Under the pieces are notes generated by a model. That model was not told where the DNA came from and made no database searches. It saw only the letters and a program-made list of their open reading frames with translations. DNA of 64,000 nt, taken from positions 22,955-86,954 of the forward strand of contig CACFYZ010000001.1 of the NCBI GenBank assembly GCA_902570675.1, given 5' to 3'. This stretch comes from an uncultured Pelagibacteraceae bacterium. GTDB taxonomy: Bacteria > Pseudomonadota > Alphaproteobacteria > Pelagibacterales > AG-422-B15. This document shows, piece after piece, positions 49,921 to 60,354 of the stretch. Numbering within the stretch: the first letter of the stretch is position 1; each line of letters starts with the position of its first letter. Both the position numbers and the translations under genes were made by a program.

Positions 49921-50900
49921 TTTGCTCTTATGGTTTTTACCAGTTCTTCTACTTTCTTAATTGATGTATTTGGCAATACGCCGTGACCAAGATTAAAAAT
50001 ATGTGCTCTATCTTTAAAAGCAATTAATATTTTGTCCACTTCATCTTGGAGGATATTGTTCTCAGCCAATAAGGCTGTTGGGTTCAGATTTCCTTGAATG
50101 ACTACGTCTGAGTTAAGTTCATTAATGCGGTCCAAGTCAAAATCATAATCTAAGCTAATACAATCAAGCTTTTCTATATTTGAATATTTCTTATATCCCT
50201 CATTACTTGTTCTTCTTGGAAACCCAATAATTGGGGTATCCGTTTTACTTTTTATCGAACTAATGATTTCTTTTGTGGGCTCTAGGCACCATCGGTCAAA
50301 ATGCTCATCTCCTAATTCTTCAGCGGCGGACTCAAATATTTGAAATGCGTCAATCCCCGCGTTTACTTGTTGTATTGCATAATTAGAAATTATATCTGTG
50401 AGTTCATCGATGTGGTCGTCTATTCTTTTTTTGTTTTTATTAATTAGGTCCTCGTTTATTTGTGATCTCTCTTGTTTATCAAATAAACAATACAATAATG
50501 TTGTCCAGGGCCCGCCCACAAAGCCTATTAAAGGGATGTTCGATACCTTTTTTATGTTTTCTATGCCCTTTATAACCGAGTCCAGTTTGTGTGACTTAAA
50601 ATTAAATTTATCATTAAATTTTACCTGAGGTCCAATACCTTCTTTAAAACTTACGTCACATCCAGATGCATAAGGTATCATCAGTATGTCTGAAAATAAT
50701 ATGCAGGCATCAAATCCATACCTTTTCACCGGTTGAAGGGAGATTTCAGTTATCGTGTCAGGATCAAGAAACATTTCCATGAGGTCTGTATGTTTTTGTC
50801 TAATATTAATATATTCTGGTAAATGCCTTCCTGCTTGCCTCATTAACCAAATGGGGGTTTTTGTTTTGTTACCCTTTAGTGTTTCTATAAGAATACTCAT
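49917..50900 (-). CDS. hemE: Uroporphyrinogen decarboxylase
   Basis: PIWLMRQAGRHLPEY N-terminal signature. 327 aa. Confidence 0.93.
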   Translation of the reverse strand: MSILIETLKGNKTKTPIWLMRQAGRHLPEYINIRQKHTDLMEMFLDPDTITEISLQPVKRYGFDACILFSDILMIPYASGCDVSFKEGIGPQVKFNDKFNFKSHKLDSVIKGIENIKKVSNIPLIGFVGGPWTTLLYCLFDKQERSQINEDLINKNKKRIDDHIDELTDIISNYAIQQVNAGIDAFQIFESAAEELGDEHFDRWCLEPTKEIISSIKSKTDTPIIGFPRRTSNEGYKKYSNIEKLDCISLDYDFDLDRINELNSDVVIQGNLNPTALLAENNILQDEVDKILIAFKDRAHIFNLGHGVLPNTSIKKVEELVKTIRAK

Positions 50901-51175
50901 ATAATATATATATAAGGTAGTATTAGTTTATGTACCTGTGATGATGTGTATATATATAAACCTCTTATTTGCCCACAAATCAATACACACATATAACAAG
51001 GATATTTAGATTGTTCCTCATATTGTTCACAGGGTAGAATTAAAGTTTAATTATTATCCACAGGTGGATGAAAAGCTAGAAAATATAGGGTAAAAAGACC
51101 AGAATATTGTAAATGTTTAAATACAGTAAACATATAATATATATCCACACTAATTACCCAGTTTGTTAATAGCTT
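50901..51175. other. Candidate chromosomal replication origin (oriC) between hemE and maf
   Basis: 275-bp non-coding spacer, among the longest in the window. Perfect DnaA box TTATCCACA at 51054-51062, with an inverted partner on the other strand (TCCACAGGTGGA). 8/9 box ATATCCACA at 51141-51149. 7/9 boxes TTGTTCACA at 51023-51031 and TTGCCCACA at 50969-50977. (TA)n-rich stretches at 50901-50960. The hemE-adjacent position matches the conserved alphaproteobacterial origin locus. Confidence 0.6.
51054..51062 (+). promoter_or_regulatory. Consensus DnaA box
   Basis: Exact TTATCCACA read directly from the sequence. It overlaps a 5+5 bp inverted repeat TCCAC-AG-GTGGA (51057-51068). Confidence 0.7.
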
Positions 51176-51778
51176 ATGAACACACAAATTACACTAGCCT
51201 CTAAAAGCCAAACACGCTCAAGACTATTAAAAAATGCAAAAATAAAATTCAAAACAGTTGATCATGGCGTTGACGAGGATGAAATTAAATTATCCATGTT
51301 TGAAAGGTCGCCTGAAGAAATCGTTACAAAACTGGCAGAGATGAAGGCTTTGAAGGCATCCATATCGAATGAAGGTTTGGTTATAGGCTCGGACCAAGGA
51401 CTAGACCTAAACGGAAAACTCCTCAATAAAGCAAGAAACTTTGATGAAGCTTATGAACAACTAAAAAGCATGAGTGGCAAAGAGCATACACTTATAACAA
51501 CCACAGTCGTAGCCAAAGAAAACAACATTATTTGGAAATATGTAGATAGAGGCAAAATGAAAATGAGAACCCTTAATGAAAAAACTATCAAAGAGTACTT
51601 GGAGAGTGTTGATGAAAAAATACTTGGCTTGGTTGGCGTTTATGCAATTGAAGAAGAAGGCATTAAATTATTCGAGCATGTAGGAAGCGATTTGTTCTCA
51701 ATACAAGGATTATCAATGATGCCATTAACTCAATTTTTATGGGACAACGGATTGTTGTTTAAAAATAATGGTCATTGA
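51176..51778 (+). CDS. maf: Maf-like nucleoside triphosphate pyrophosphatase
   Basis: ITLASKSQTRSRLLKNA N-terminus and GAYAIEE-like block (GVYAIEEEG). 200 aa. Confidence 0.88.
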   Translation: MNTQITLASKSQTRSRLLKNAKIKFKTVDHGVDEDEIKLSMFERSPEEIVTKLAEMKALKASISNEGLVIGSDQGLDLNGKLLNKARNFDEAYEQLKSMSGKEHTLITTTVVAKENNIIWKYVDRGKMKMRTLNEKTIKEYLESVDEKILGLVGVYAIEEEGIKLFEHVGSDLFSIQGLSMMPLTQFLWDNGLLFKNNGH

Positions 51779-52595
51779 TAAAACGGCGGTTATAGGATTC
51801 CCGGTCGATCACAGTCTTTCACCGGCTATCCATAATTATTGGATCAAAGAACTAGGACTGGACATAAAGCCATACGAAAAAATAAATGTGAATCCAAATA
51901 CATTTGAAGAGCAGATCAATAGTTTAAAACAAGATGGCTTTGGAGGATTAAACGTTACTGTTCCACTGAAAGAGATTGCTTTTAACATAAGCGATGAAAC
52001 GTCTGGCGTTTCAAAAAAACTTAGGTCGGCTAACACCCTTACTTTAGGTTCAGACAAAATAAACGGAGATAATACTGACGCTGCTGGTTTTATTAATTCT
52101 CTAGATAAAAAAACAATAGAGGAAAACATTGCCAATAAAAAAACACTTGTTTTGGGGGCCGGTGGTTCCGCTAGGTCTGTAGTTTACGCATTAAACCAAT
52201 TGGGAGGCCATGTGAGAATATTTAACAGAACGACTGAAAAAGCTCAGATTTTACTTAATGATTTATCAATAAACTCAAGCCCCATTGGGACAGAAGAGCT
52301 TGATGACTATGCCAACTCTTCTTCGTTCATTGTTAACACAACTAGCCTTGGGCAAAAGGCAGGAGAGCAAAATAACATTTTGAGTTTTGAAAATATAAAA
52401 ACGGAGACATTTATTTATGACTTAATTTATAATCCAAAGCGATCCAGTTTTTTAGAAAAAGCTGAAGCAAAAGGTTTAAAGGTTCAAAACGGATTACGCA
52501 TGCTAATTGAACAAGCGGCTTGCTCTTTTCAGATATGGCACGAAATTAAAGTGGATGTTAGTGATGAATTAATATCACTGTTGGAGAGCATGTAA
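51768..52595 (+). CDS. aroE: Shikimate dehydrogenase
   Basis: VIGFPVDHSLSPAIHN, NVTVPLK and LGAGGSARSV motifs. Confidence 0.92.
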   Translation: MVIDKTAVIGFPVDHSLSPAIHNYWIKELGLDIKPYEKINVNPNTFEEQINSLKQDGFGGLNVTVPLKEIAFNISDETSGVSKKLRSANTLTLGSDKINGDNTDAAGFINSLDKKTIEENIANKKTLVLGAGGSARSVVYALNQLGGHVRIFNRTTEKAQILLNDLSINSSPIGTEELDDYANSSSFIVNTTSLGQKAGEQNNILSFENIKTETFIYDLIYNPKRSSFLEKAEAKGLKVQNGLRMLIEQAACSFQIWHEIKVDVSDELISLLESM

Positions 52596-53218
52596 TGTTG
52601 TTGATTGGCGTAACAGGATCTATTGGTATGGGAAAATCTACGGTGGCTAAGATGTTTACTGAATATGGTTTTGGTCTTTACAATGCAGATGATACTGTTC
52701 ACTATATTTATGAAAATGATGAAGAGGTAATCAATAAAATTGAAGAGGCCTTTCCTGGAACTAAATCAGAAGGGAAAGTAAATCGGATTGCGCTTAGAGA
52801 TATACTCAATAAAGAACCTATGAAGTTTAGAGATCTTGAAAAAATAGTTCATCCGGCTACAAGGCGGTACCAAATTGTATACATTGAGAAATTAATAAGC
52901 GACGGTAGCCCAGGTTGCATACTGGATATTCCCTTATTATTTGAAACGGGTGGTGAAAAATACATCGATGTTTCTGTTGTGGTTACAGCATCAGAGGATA
53001 AACAAAAAGAAAGAGTTGTTTCAGAAAGAAAAGTCCCTCTGGAAATTTTTAATTCTATAAAAAATCAACAAATGCCAGATCGAGAAAAATTAAAGAAAGC
53101 AGACTATATAATTTCAACTGATCAAACATTAGACGAGACAAAACTTGAAGTAAAAGATGTTGTGTCTAAAATAAAATTAATTAATCCTAAGGCATGGAAT
53201 GCCTTTTACAAGAAATGA
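52595..53218 (+). CDS. coaE: Dephospho-CoA kinase
   Basis: P-loop GVTGSIGMGKST. 207 aa. 1-nt overlap with aroE. Confidence 0.92.
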   Translation: MLLIGVTGSIGMGKSTVAKMFTEYGFGLYNADDTVHYIYENDEEVINKIEEAFPGTKSEGKVNRIALRDILNKEPMKFRDLEKIVHPATRRYQIVYIEKLISDGSPGCILDIPLLFETGGEKYIDVSVVVTASEDKQKERVVSERKVPLEIFNSIKNQQMPDREKLKKADYIISTDQTLDETKLEVKDVVSKIKLINPKAWNAFYKK

Positions 53219-53901
53219 GAGAGATTGTTTTAGATACCGAGACAACAGGCCTCAGACCATCAGATGGTCATAGAGTAATTGAGATAGCAGCTATTGAAAT
53301 AATTGACTTTTTACCAACTGGAAAGACTTACCAGCAATATATTAATCCTGAAAGAGATGTACCTGAGACATCTTTTAAGGTCCACGGTTTGAGTTATGAT
53401 TTCCTAAAAGACAAACCACTTTTTGATAAGGTTGCTAACGAATTTATTGAATTTATCGGTAATTCTACAATCATAGCGCATAATGTAGACTTTGATTTAG
53501 GATTTTTAAATTATGAGCTTAATATGTGTGGTAGAGAGTCTATAAAAAATAATAAAATTGATACTGTATCGATAGCAAGGGAAAAATTTCCCGGACAAAG
53601 TGTTTCCTTAGATGCACTGTGTAGACGTTTCTCTATTGATAACAAACAAAGAGAAAAACACTCAGCAACTATAGATACAGAGTTACTAGCAAGAGTTTAT
53701 ATTGAGTTAATGGATGCGCGGGAGCCCAGTCTAAATTTAGACACACAAAAAAAGACTGAGATCGCTGAATCTAAATTTGATATTGCCAAGCTAAAAGATA
53801 GGTCTTTGCCTATACGATTAACTGATGAAGAAAGAATAAAGCATAAGAATTTTATTAAAACACTAGGTGAAAAAGCAATTTGGAAAAAAATAAATATCTA
53901 A
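53215..53901 (+). CDS. dnaQ: DNA polymerase III subunit epsilon (3'-5' exonuclease)
   Basis: Exo I VLDTETTGL, Exo II AHNVDFDLGFL, Exo III HSATIDTELLARVY. The start at 53215 forms an ATGA overlap with the coaE stop (ORF track gives 53194). Confidence 0.92.
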   Translation: MREIVLDTETTGLRPSDGHRVIEIAAIEIIDFLPTGKTYQQYINPERDVPETSFKVHGLSYDFLKDKPLFDKVANEFIEFIGNSTIIAHNVDFDLGFLNYELNMCGRESIKNNKIDTVSIAREKFPGQSVSLDALCRRFSIDNKQREKHSATIDTELLARVYIELMDAREPSLNLDTQKKTEIAESKFDIAKLKDRSLPIRLTDEERIKHKNFIKTLGEKAIWKKINI

Positions 53902-54717
53902 ATGAGTGAATATAAAATTAATCATACTCTTCACAAAAAAGGAGAATCTTATGATGAACCAGTTCCTGCAGCCTCTGTAATGCTGGTTCGTGATCATGAT
54001 AATAAGGTTGAAGTATTTATGATTAAACGGTCAATGAAAACTAATTTTGGTGGTGCCTGGGTTTTTCCAGGAGGAAAAATAGATAAAACCGACGATGCCA
54101 AAAATTATGCTGGATATAGCCACTTACTAGATGATGTAACAGCTTCACAAAGATTGGGAACCAAGTCTAATGGCCTTTCTTACTGGATTGCATGTATAAG
54201 AGAATGTTTTGAAGAAAGTGGAATACTATTAGTAAACGAAATAGATGGAAGCAAGCAAAAAACTACGTTTACACACAATGAGTTAAAAATAATTAACCAA
54301 CATAAAGAAAAGCTTTTAAAGGGCAACAGTGCTTTTAATGAACTTTTAGACAAACTTAATTTTTCTCTCGCTACAAATGAACTTGCATATATTTCACATT
54401 GGATAACCCCAAAAATTGAGAAACGAAGGTATAGTACAAGATTTTTTGTTGCTCGAACTACACATCAAGAAGCAATTCATGACGGTTCAGAGGGAGTTGA
54501 AAGTCAATGGATAAATCCTCAAATAGCTTTAAGCCTATATCATGCTGGAAATTATCCAATGATAATGCCGACGATTAAAAACCTCGAACTCATAAAAGAT
54601 TTTTCTGATACAAATTCATTACTCTTAGAAATGAATAAAAAAGAAGAGAATGAAATTCCTCGAGTAGAGCCTGTTTTTAAAATCAGGAATGGCAAACCTG
54701 AACTGATTAGTTATTAG
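53902..54717 (+). CDS. NUDIX family hydrolase
   Basis: WVFPGGKID ... IRECFEESGILL (Nudix-box REx2EExGU core, with an insertion between the Gly and the RE). Confidence 0.75.
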   Translation: MSEYKINHTLHKKGESYDEPVPAASVMLVRDHDNKVEVFMIKRSMKTNFGGAWVFPGGKIDKTDDAKNYAGYSHLLDDVTASQRLGTKSNGLSYWIACIRECFEESGILLVNEIDGSKQKTTFTHNELKIINQHKEKLLKGNSAFNELLDKLNFSLATNELAYISHWITPKIEKRRYSTRFFVARTTHQEAIHDGSEGVESQWINPQIALSLYHAGNYPMIMPTIKNLELIKDFSDTNSLLLEMNKKEENEIPRVEPVFKIRNGKPELISY

Positions 54718-55135
54718 TTTTTTGCTTTCTATTTTTATAGAGTTCAGCGAAATTAACAGGATCCAACATCAATGGTGGCAATGAACCGTCTGCGTGTAGA
54801 TCATATATAATTCTTCTCGCAAACGGAAATAACTGTCTTGGACATTCAACTAATAGATAAGCTTCTTTAATATCATCGGTCAAACCTTTAATTTCAAAGA
54901 GACCGACGTATTTTAAGTCAATAATATAAAGGTTCTTATCTTTACGCATTGCAGCCACGTTTACATTCAATTCAATTTCATAAACATCAGTATCTTTTCT
55001 GTTTTTTGCTTTGACATCTACATTGGCATTAATAGCCGGGCGTTCACTTCCTGATTGAAATGAGGCAGGACCGTTTGGATTTTCAAAAGATAAATCTCTA
55101 ATGTATTGAGTAATAATTTTAGCACTTACGTCCAT
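54707..55135 (-). CDS. secB: Protein-export chaperone SecB
   Basis: 142 aa. YIRDLSFENP start typical of SecB. Conserved dnaQ-...-secB neighbourhood. Confidence 0.88.
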   Translation of the reverse strand: MDVSAKIITQYIRDLSFENPNGPASFQSGSERPAINANVDVKAKNRKDTDVYEIELNVNVAAMRKDKNLYIIDLKYVGLFEIKGLTDDIKEAYLLVECPRQLFPFARRIIYDLHADGSLPPLMLDPVNFAELYKNRKQKTNN

Positions 55136-55576
55136 CTATTTGTTATCTCCATCAGACTCATCAATTTCAAAATAGTCCGCTTCAATCGTATCGTCTGTTT
55201 TTTTCTTATAAACACCATAACGAGAAAGAATAAATGTAGCTACTAACTTTACAAAAAAAATTCTTGTGAATGGTATCAAACCTAAGAATCCAATTGTGTC
55301 TGTAAAAAAACCAGGAGTGATTAAAAGGATTCCAGACAACAAAATGACAAGTCCCTCACCGACCGTCTGTATTGGAGTTTCTAATTTCTGTATTTGATTT
55401 GCTAGTCGTTGAAAGGTACTTAACCCTTGCTGACGAACAAAATAAACACCGATAATGGCTGTTAAAAATATAAGACAAATGGTGTTAAAGGAGCCAATAT
55501 TACTACCTATTTCGATAAATAGGCTTATCTCAATGATAGGAATGAGTATAAAAACTGTTACTAATAAAAAAAACAA
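55136..55576 (-). CDS. fxsA: FxsA family membrane protein
   Basis: LLITPGFFTDTIGFLGLIPFTR is the FxsA signature. 146 aa. Confidence 0.85.
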   Translation of the reverse strand: MFFLLVTVFILIPIIEISLFIEIGSNIGSFNTICLIFLTAIIGVYFVRQQGLSTFQRLANQIQKLETPIQTVGEGLVILLSGILLITPGFFTDTIGFLGLIPFTRIFFVKLVATFILSRYGVYKKKTDDTIEADYFEIDESDGDNK

Positions 55577-55643
55577 AATAGCTACAAATGTTGAAACTTT
55601 AGTTTAAATACCTACATAAAGTATTCTATAATAAAGTACAGAT

Positions 55644-56258
55644 ATGAGTGAAGCTTTTCAATATATTGACATATTAATCCTTGCGATCATTGCTGGTATC
55701 GTACTCCTAAGGCTGCGTAGTGTATTAGGTAAAAGAACTGGACATGAAAAAACTGATAAAACTTCTTACAATTATGAGGTTCCACGTCAGTCTCAGACTG
55801 AAAAAGTAATTCCAATAGAGCCAGAAAAATCGACAAACTCAACTACTGATAGTTGGTTTGATAACGACGACTTCTTAAGAGGGGCATCAAATGCCTATGA
55901 GACGATTGTGACAAATTTTGAAAACGGCAACAAGGATGCACTAAAATCCCTTCTGTCAGAAGATGTCATGAATAGTTTTTCTTCAGTAATTGACGAGCGA
56001 AATAGTAGAAACGAAACCGTCGAATTTAATTTTATTGGAATTGAAAAATCTGAAATTGTTCATAAAGACTTAAAGAAAAATCCTATGGAGGTAAGTGTGA
56101 GGTTCATATCCGAAATGATCACGTGCATCAAAAATAGTAAAGACGAGGTTATTTCTGGTAGTTTAAATCAAGTGCAAAAAATCACAGATATCTGGACTTT
56201 TGAAAAGTACAGTAATCGCAAAGGTTCAAATTGGTTGTTAGTTGCCACTTCGGATTAA
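55644..56258 (+). CDS. Tim44-like domain protein (TimA family)
   Basis: N-terminal TM helix plus the C-terminal Tim44-like domain pattern (F....A...Y..I..AF..G....L..L.....F; ...DIWTFE). Conserved alphaproteobacterial position near secB. Confidence 0.8.
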   Translation: MSEAFQYIDILILAIIAGIVLLRLRSVLGKRTGHEKTDKTSYNYEVPRQSQTEKVIPIEPEKSTNSTTDSWFDNDDFLRGASNAYETIVTNFENGNKDALKSLLSEDVMNSFSSVIDERNSRNETVEFNFIGIEKSEIVHKDLKKNPMEVSVRFISEMITCIKNSKDEVISGSLNQVQKITDIWTFEKYSNRKGSNWLLVATSD

Positions 56259-56683
56259 TCAATTAAGTAGCTATTTAGCTTGTTTTTAATTTTGTTTGGA
56301 AGTGATGCAGATTTCATAGTGCTTTGATCAGTGTTAACCCAAGTAATATATGCTTCATTTAAAAGATTGTTAGTGCCGGATTTATATATTTCTTGAAAAA
56401 ATTTAATACTGGAATTTCCTATTTTTTTTATTGAAGTATAAACTTCAAGGTTGTCATTTAATTCTGCTGGTTTTTTAAAATTCATTTCAACACCAACTGT
56501 GTGAAAGTCATTATTTGTCTCACTCACGTATCTAGATTGATCAAACAAGCTGTCAAGCATTTCACTGAGCGAAATATCATAATAAGTTAGGTAATGTGAA
56601 TTATAAACAATCTTTTGGCAGTCAACTTCAGAGTAACGGACTTTAATTTTATTAATGTGAGATTTGCTATTTTTTAATGTCAT
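56255..56683 (-). CDS. Acyl-CoA thioesterase, 4HBT/YbgC-like hotdog fold
   Basis: VRYSEVDCQKIVYNSHYLTYYD N-terminal catalytic region typical of the YbgC/4HBT family. Confidence 0.8.
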   Translation of the reverse strand: MTLKNSKSHINKIKVRYSEVDCQKIVYNSHYLTYYDISLSEMLDSLFDQSRYVSETNNDFHTVGVEMNFKKPAELNDNLEVYTSIKKIGNSSIKFFQEIYKSGTNNLLNEAYITWVNTDQSTMKSASLPNKIKNKLNSYLID

Positions 56684-56685
56684 TA

Positions 56686-57990
56686 TTATAGAATATACTT
56701 TGTAAGATCTGTATCTTTTGACAATTCGCTGACATTATTTTTAACATACTCTGCATCAATTGTAATTTTTTCACCACCTTTGTCCGCAGCTGTGAAACTA
56801 ATATCCTCAAGTACTCTCTCTAAAATTGTGTGAAGTCTTCTTGCACCAATATTTTCAATTGTCGAATTAATGTCAACAGCCAGTGTAGCAATTGCATCAA
56901 TTCCGTCTTCACTGAAATTGATCTTTACATCTTCAGTGTTTAGAAGAGCCTCATACTGTTTAATCAAGCTGTACTTTGGTTCCCTTAAAATTCTTTTAAA
57001 ATCTTCTTGTGTCAGCGCTTTGAGGCTGACTCTTATTGGTAATCTGCCCTGTAATTCAGGCAATAAATCTGAAGGCTTTGAGAGTTGAAATGCTCCAGAT
57101 GCTATGAATAAGATATGATCAGTTTTTATAGTACCGTGTTTAGTATTTACAGTAGTTCCTTCAATTAAAGGCAAGAGATCTCTTTGAACTCCTTCTCGAG
57201 AAACATCACCTCCAACACGCTCAGATCTTGCGCAAACTTTATCGATTTCGTCAATAAAAACTATTCCATTATCTTCAACAGATCTTTTAGCTTCATTAAT
57301 AATTTGATCCGTATCTATTAATTTATCTGACTCTTCATTTACCAGGATTTCATAAGACTCACCGACAGTTGTCTTTTTCTTTTTTGTTTTTGGACCCATA
57401 GCTTTTCCCAACATGTCATTAAGGTTGATCATTCCAATGCCTGCCCCTTGTCCACCTTGTAGGTCTATTGTTGGAAAAGATCCGGTATCCTGAACAGCTA
57501 TTTCGATTTCCTTGTCATCAAGTTCGTTGTTCCTTAATTTTTTTCTAAAGCTCTCGCGCGTAGTAGGTCCTGCTCCAGGGCCAACTAAAGCATCTAACAC
57601 TCTTTCTTCTGCAGCTAATTGAGCCTTTGCTTTGACTTCGTTTCTTTTAATTTCCCTAACCATCGTGATCGCTATCTCAATTAAATCACGAACGATTGAC
57701 TCAACATCTCGACCCACATAACCAACTTCTGTAAATTTAGTTGCTTCAACTTTTATGAATGGAGCTTGAGCAAGTTTTGACAGCCTTCTTGAGATCTCTG
57801 TTTTTCCTATACCAGTAGGACCAATCATAAGAATATTTTTTGGTAGAACCTCTTCCTTCATATCGTCAGAAAGTTGCTGTCTTCGCCATCGATTTCTAAG
57901 AGCAATAGCTACAGATTTTTTTGCGTCGTCTTGACCAATTATGTATCTATCAAGTTCGGAAACAATTTCTCTAGGTGAAAATGATTGCAT
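56686..57990 (-). CDS. hslU: ATP-dependent protease ATPase subunit HslU
   Basis: [16 protein letters not shown], Walker A GPTGIGKT, Walker B VFIDEIDK. 434 aa. Confidence 0.97.
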   Translation of the reverse strand: MQSFSPREIVSELDRYIIGQDDAKKSVAIALRNRWRRQQLSDDMKEEVLPKNILMIGPTGIGKTEISRRLSKLAQAPFIKVEATKFTEVGYVGRDVESIVRDLIEIAITMVREIKRNEVKAKAQLAAEERVLDALVGPGAGPTTRESFRKKLRNNELDDKEIEIAVQDTGSFPTIDLQGGQGAGIGMINLNDMLGKAMGPKTKKKKTTVGESYEILVNEESDKLIDTDQIINEAKRSVEDNGIVFIDEIDKVCARSERVGGDVSREGVQRDLLPLIEGTTVNTKHGTIKTDHILFIASGAFQLSKPSDLLPELQGRLPIRVSLKALTQEDFKRILREPKYSLIKQYEALLNTEDVKINFSEDGIDAIATLAVDINSTIENIGARRLHTILERVLEDISFTAADKGGEKITIDAEYVKNNVSELSKDTDLTKYIL

Positions 57991-57993
57991 TGA

Positions 57994-58545
57994 TTAATAC
58001 TCAATCTTTTCTAAGGTGATATTACTATTAGTGAATACACAAATTTCACCAGCAATTTTAAGTGACTTAAGTGCTATTTCTTCAGCAGACAAATCCGTAT
58101 CGATTAATGCTTTAGCAGCTGACAAAGCATAATTTCCACCACTACCAATACCAATTACAGATCCCTCAGGATCCAGTACGTCTCCCATACCTGTGATTAA
58201 AAGAGAAGTAGAATTGTCGGCAACAGTTAGCAAAGCTTCTAATCTTCTTAAGTACTTATCTGTTCGCCAATCTTTCGCAAGTTCGACGCAAGCTCGCGTC
58301 AATTGTTTAGGGTGTTTTTCCAGTTTTGCTTCAAGTCTTTCAAATAAAGTAAATGCATCAGCTGTAGCGCCGGCAAAACCAGCAATAACACTTCCATCTC
58401 CAATTTTTCGAACTTTTTGGGCGGTGCCTTTTATTACAGTATTACCTAAACTTACTTGACCATCCCCAGCAACAACAACTTGATTTCCTTTTCGGACACT
58501 TATAATAGTGGTTCCATGCCATGATGGATTTTGATTATTATTCAT
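57994..58545 (-). CDS. hslV: ATP-dependent protease subunit HslV
   Basis: [26 protein letters not shown] with the catalytic Thr. 183 aa. Confidence 0.97.
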   Translation of the reverse strand: MNNNQNPSWHGTTIISVRKGNQVVVAGDGQVSLGNTVIKGTAQKVRKIGDGSVIAGFAGATADAFTLFERLEAKLEKHPKQLTRACVELAKDWRTDKYLRRLEALLTVADNSTSLLITGMGDVLDPEGSVIGIGSGGNYALSAAKALIDTDLSAEEIALKSLKIAGEICVFTNSNITLEKIEY

Positions 58546-58658
58546 TACGTCTATTATGTGGACATTTATTTATTAACTTCAAGGCCCTAATTTTTTGAAA
58601 AATAATGTTTTTTATAGATAATTCAGATATTTATTGATAGAAACCCAGTTGATTTTGT

Positions 58659-59258
58659 ATGAGAAAAGCTGCTTATAACAGAGAAACGAAAGAAACCTCA
58701 ATAGCTGTCGATATCAATATCGATGGTACAGGTAAATATGACATTGATACAGGTATTGGGTTTCTGGATCATATGTTGGAACAGCTATCTAAACATTCAC
58801 TGATTGATCTTAAAGTAAGAGCAACGGGTGATACCCATATTGATTATCACCACACTACTGAGGATACAGGTATTGCAATTGGAGAATGTATAACCAAGGC
58901 ACTTGGCAATCGCCAGGGAATTACTCGCTACGCACATGCCTATATTCCGATGGATGAAACATTATCACGGGTTGCATTAGACTTATCAAATAGACCCTAT
59001 TTAATTTGGAAAGTGAAATTCAGTGCTCCAAAAATAACTTCAGCTCAAGGTGACTTTGATACTGAATTATTTAAAGAGTGGTTTCAAGCATTTGCACAGG
59101 CCAGTGGAACAACTCTACATGTCGAAAATATTTATGGCGAAAATAATCATCACATTATTGAATCATGTTTTAAAGCTTTAGCAAGAAGCCTTAGGAATGC
59201 TGTTATTATAAGCGATCGCGAAGAAAAGAACATTCCTTCAACAAAAGGAAAATTATAA
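58659..59258 (+). CDS. hisB: Imidazoleglycerol-phosphate dehydratase
   Basis: [22 protein letters not shown] and [12 protein letters not shown] metal-binding motifs. Confidence 0.95.
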   Translation: MRKAAYNRETKETSIAVDINIDGTGKYDIDTGIGFLDHMLEQLSKHSLIDLKVRATGDTHIDYHHTTEDTGIAIGECITKALGNRQGITRYAHAYIPMDETLSRVALDLSNRPYLIWKVKFSAPKITSAQGDFDTELFKEWFQAFAQASGTTLHVENIYGENNHHIIESCFKALARSLRNAVIISDREEKNIPSTKGKL

Positions 59259-59260
59259 GA

Positions 59261-59719
59261 ATGATTAAAGAGGGTCAAAAGTTACCATTATTTAAACTCA
59301 AGAATCAGAACGGTGATGAAATCAAACTTCCTACCAAGGAGGACACAGTTATATACTTCTATCCTAAAGCTGATACTCCTGGTTGTACAAAAGAGTCATG
59401 TGACTTTCAGAGCAATTTACGCAAGTTTAATAATTTGAAAGTAAAAGTTTATGGTATTTCAAAAGATCCAGTAAATAAACAAAGTAAATTTGCTGATAAG
59501 TATAAATTAAAGTTTGATCTTCTCTCAGATGAAAATGAAAAAATTTGTGAAAAGTTTGGAACTTGGGTAACTAAGAGTATGTATGGTAAGACCTATAAGG
59601 GAATTGAAAGATCTACATTTCTTATTTCAAAAGGTAAAGTAATTAAAGTGTGGAGAAAAGTAAAAGTTAATAATCATGTTGAGGAAGTTGTTGATACTAT
59701 TAAGCTAATGAATAAATGA
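59261..59719 (+). CDS. bcp: Thiol peroxidase / peroxiredoxin Bcp
   Basis: FYPKADTPGCTKESC peroxidatic-Cys motif. 152 aa. Confidence 0.88.
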   Translation: MIKEGQKLPLFKLKNQNGDEIKLPTKEDTVIYFYPKADTPGCTKESCDFQSNLRKFNNLKVKVYGISKDPVNKQSKFADKYKLKFDLLSDENEKICEKFGTWVTKSMYGKTYKGIERSTFLISKGKVIKVWRKVKVNNHVEEVVDTIKLMNK

Positions 59720-60354
59720 ATTTAGCAATCATTAACTACGGTTCAGGAAACTTACATTCAGTACATAAAGCATTTGAGGTAGTCAATAATGAATTGTCCA
59801 AACCTTTTGAAATTATAGTAACCAATAAATCCAGTGACATTGAGAAAGCTGACAAAATAGTGCTTCCTGGAGTGGGAGCCTTTCAGGATTGTAAAAATGC
59901 AATTTTGAGAATTGACGGTTTATACGAAAGTATTGAAAAAATGGTCATTGAGATGAAAAAACCTTTTATGGGAATTTGTGTTGGTATGCAATTGCTAGCT
60001 GAGAGATCATATGAATTTGGAGAATGTGAGGGATTTGGCTGGATTCCAGGAGAGGTTATTAAATTAGACGCGTTAGACGATTGCAAAATTCCTCATATGG
60101 GATGGAATGAAATCATTTCGCAAAAGCATGTATTATTTAATGATATCTTACAAGGGACAGACTTTTATTTTGTACACAGTTACTACTTTAAAACAAAAAC
60201 TGCTGATCATTGTATTGCTACTACAAGTTATCCAAATTCAATAACAGCCGCCGTATGCAAAGAAAATATATTTGGGACGCAGTTTCATCCAGAAAAAAGT
60301 CATAAAAATGGAAAGAAAATAATAGATAATTTCCTTAAATGGGAAACTGTATGA
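59716..60354 (+). CDS. hisH: Imidazole glycerol phosphate synthase, glutaminase subunit
   Basis: INYGSGNL, GICVGMQ and QFHPEKS triad motifs. Confidence 0.95.
   Translation: MNLAIINYGSGNLHSVHKAFEVVNNELSKPFEIIVTNKSSDIEKADKIVLPGVGAFQDCKNAILRIDGLYESIEKMVIEMKKPFMGICVGMQLLAERSYEFGECEGFGWIPGEVIKLDALDDCKIPHMGWNEIISQKHVLFNDILQGTDFYFVHSYYFKTKTADHCIATTSYPNSITAAVCKENIFGTQFHPEKSHKNGKKIIDNFLKWETV

Noticed and set aside
51040-51054. CtrA binding site (TTAA-N7-TTAA) in the putative origin
   Set aside because: I found only an imperfect TTAA-N7-TTAT, and such strings are expected by chance in AT-rich DNA. This is not enough evidence to call CtrA control.
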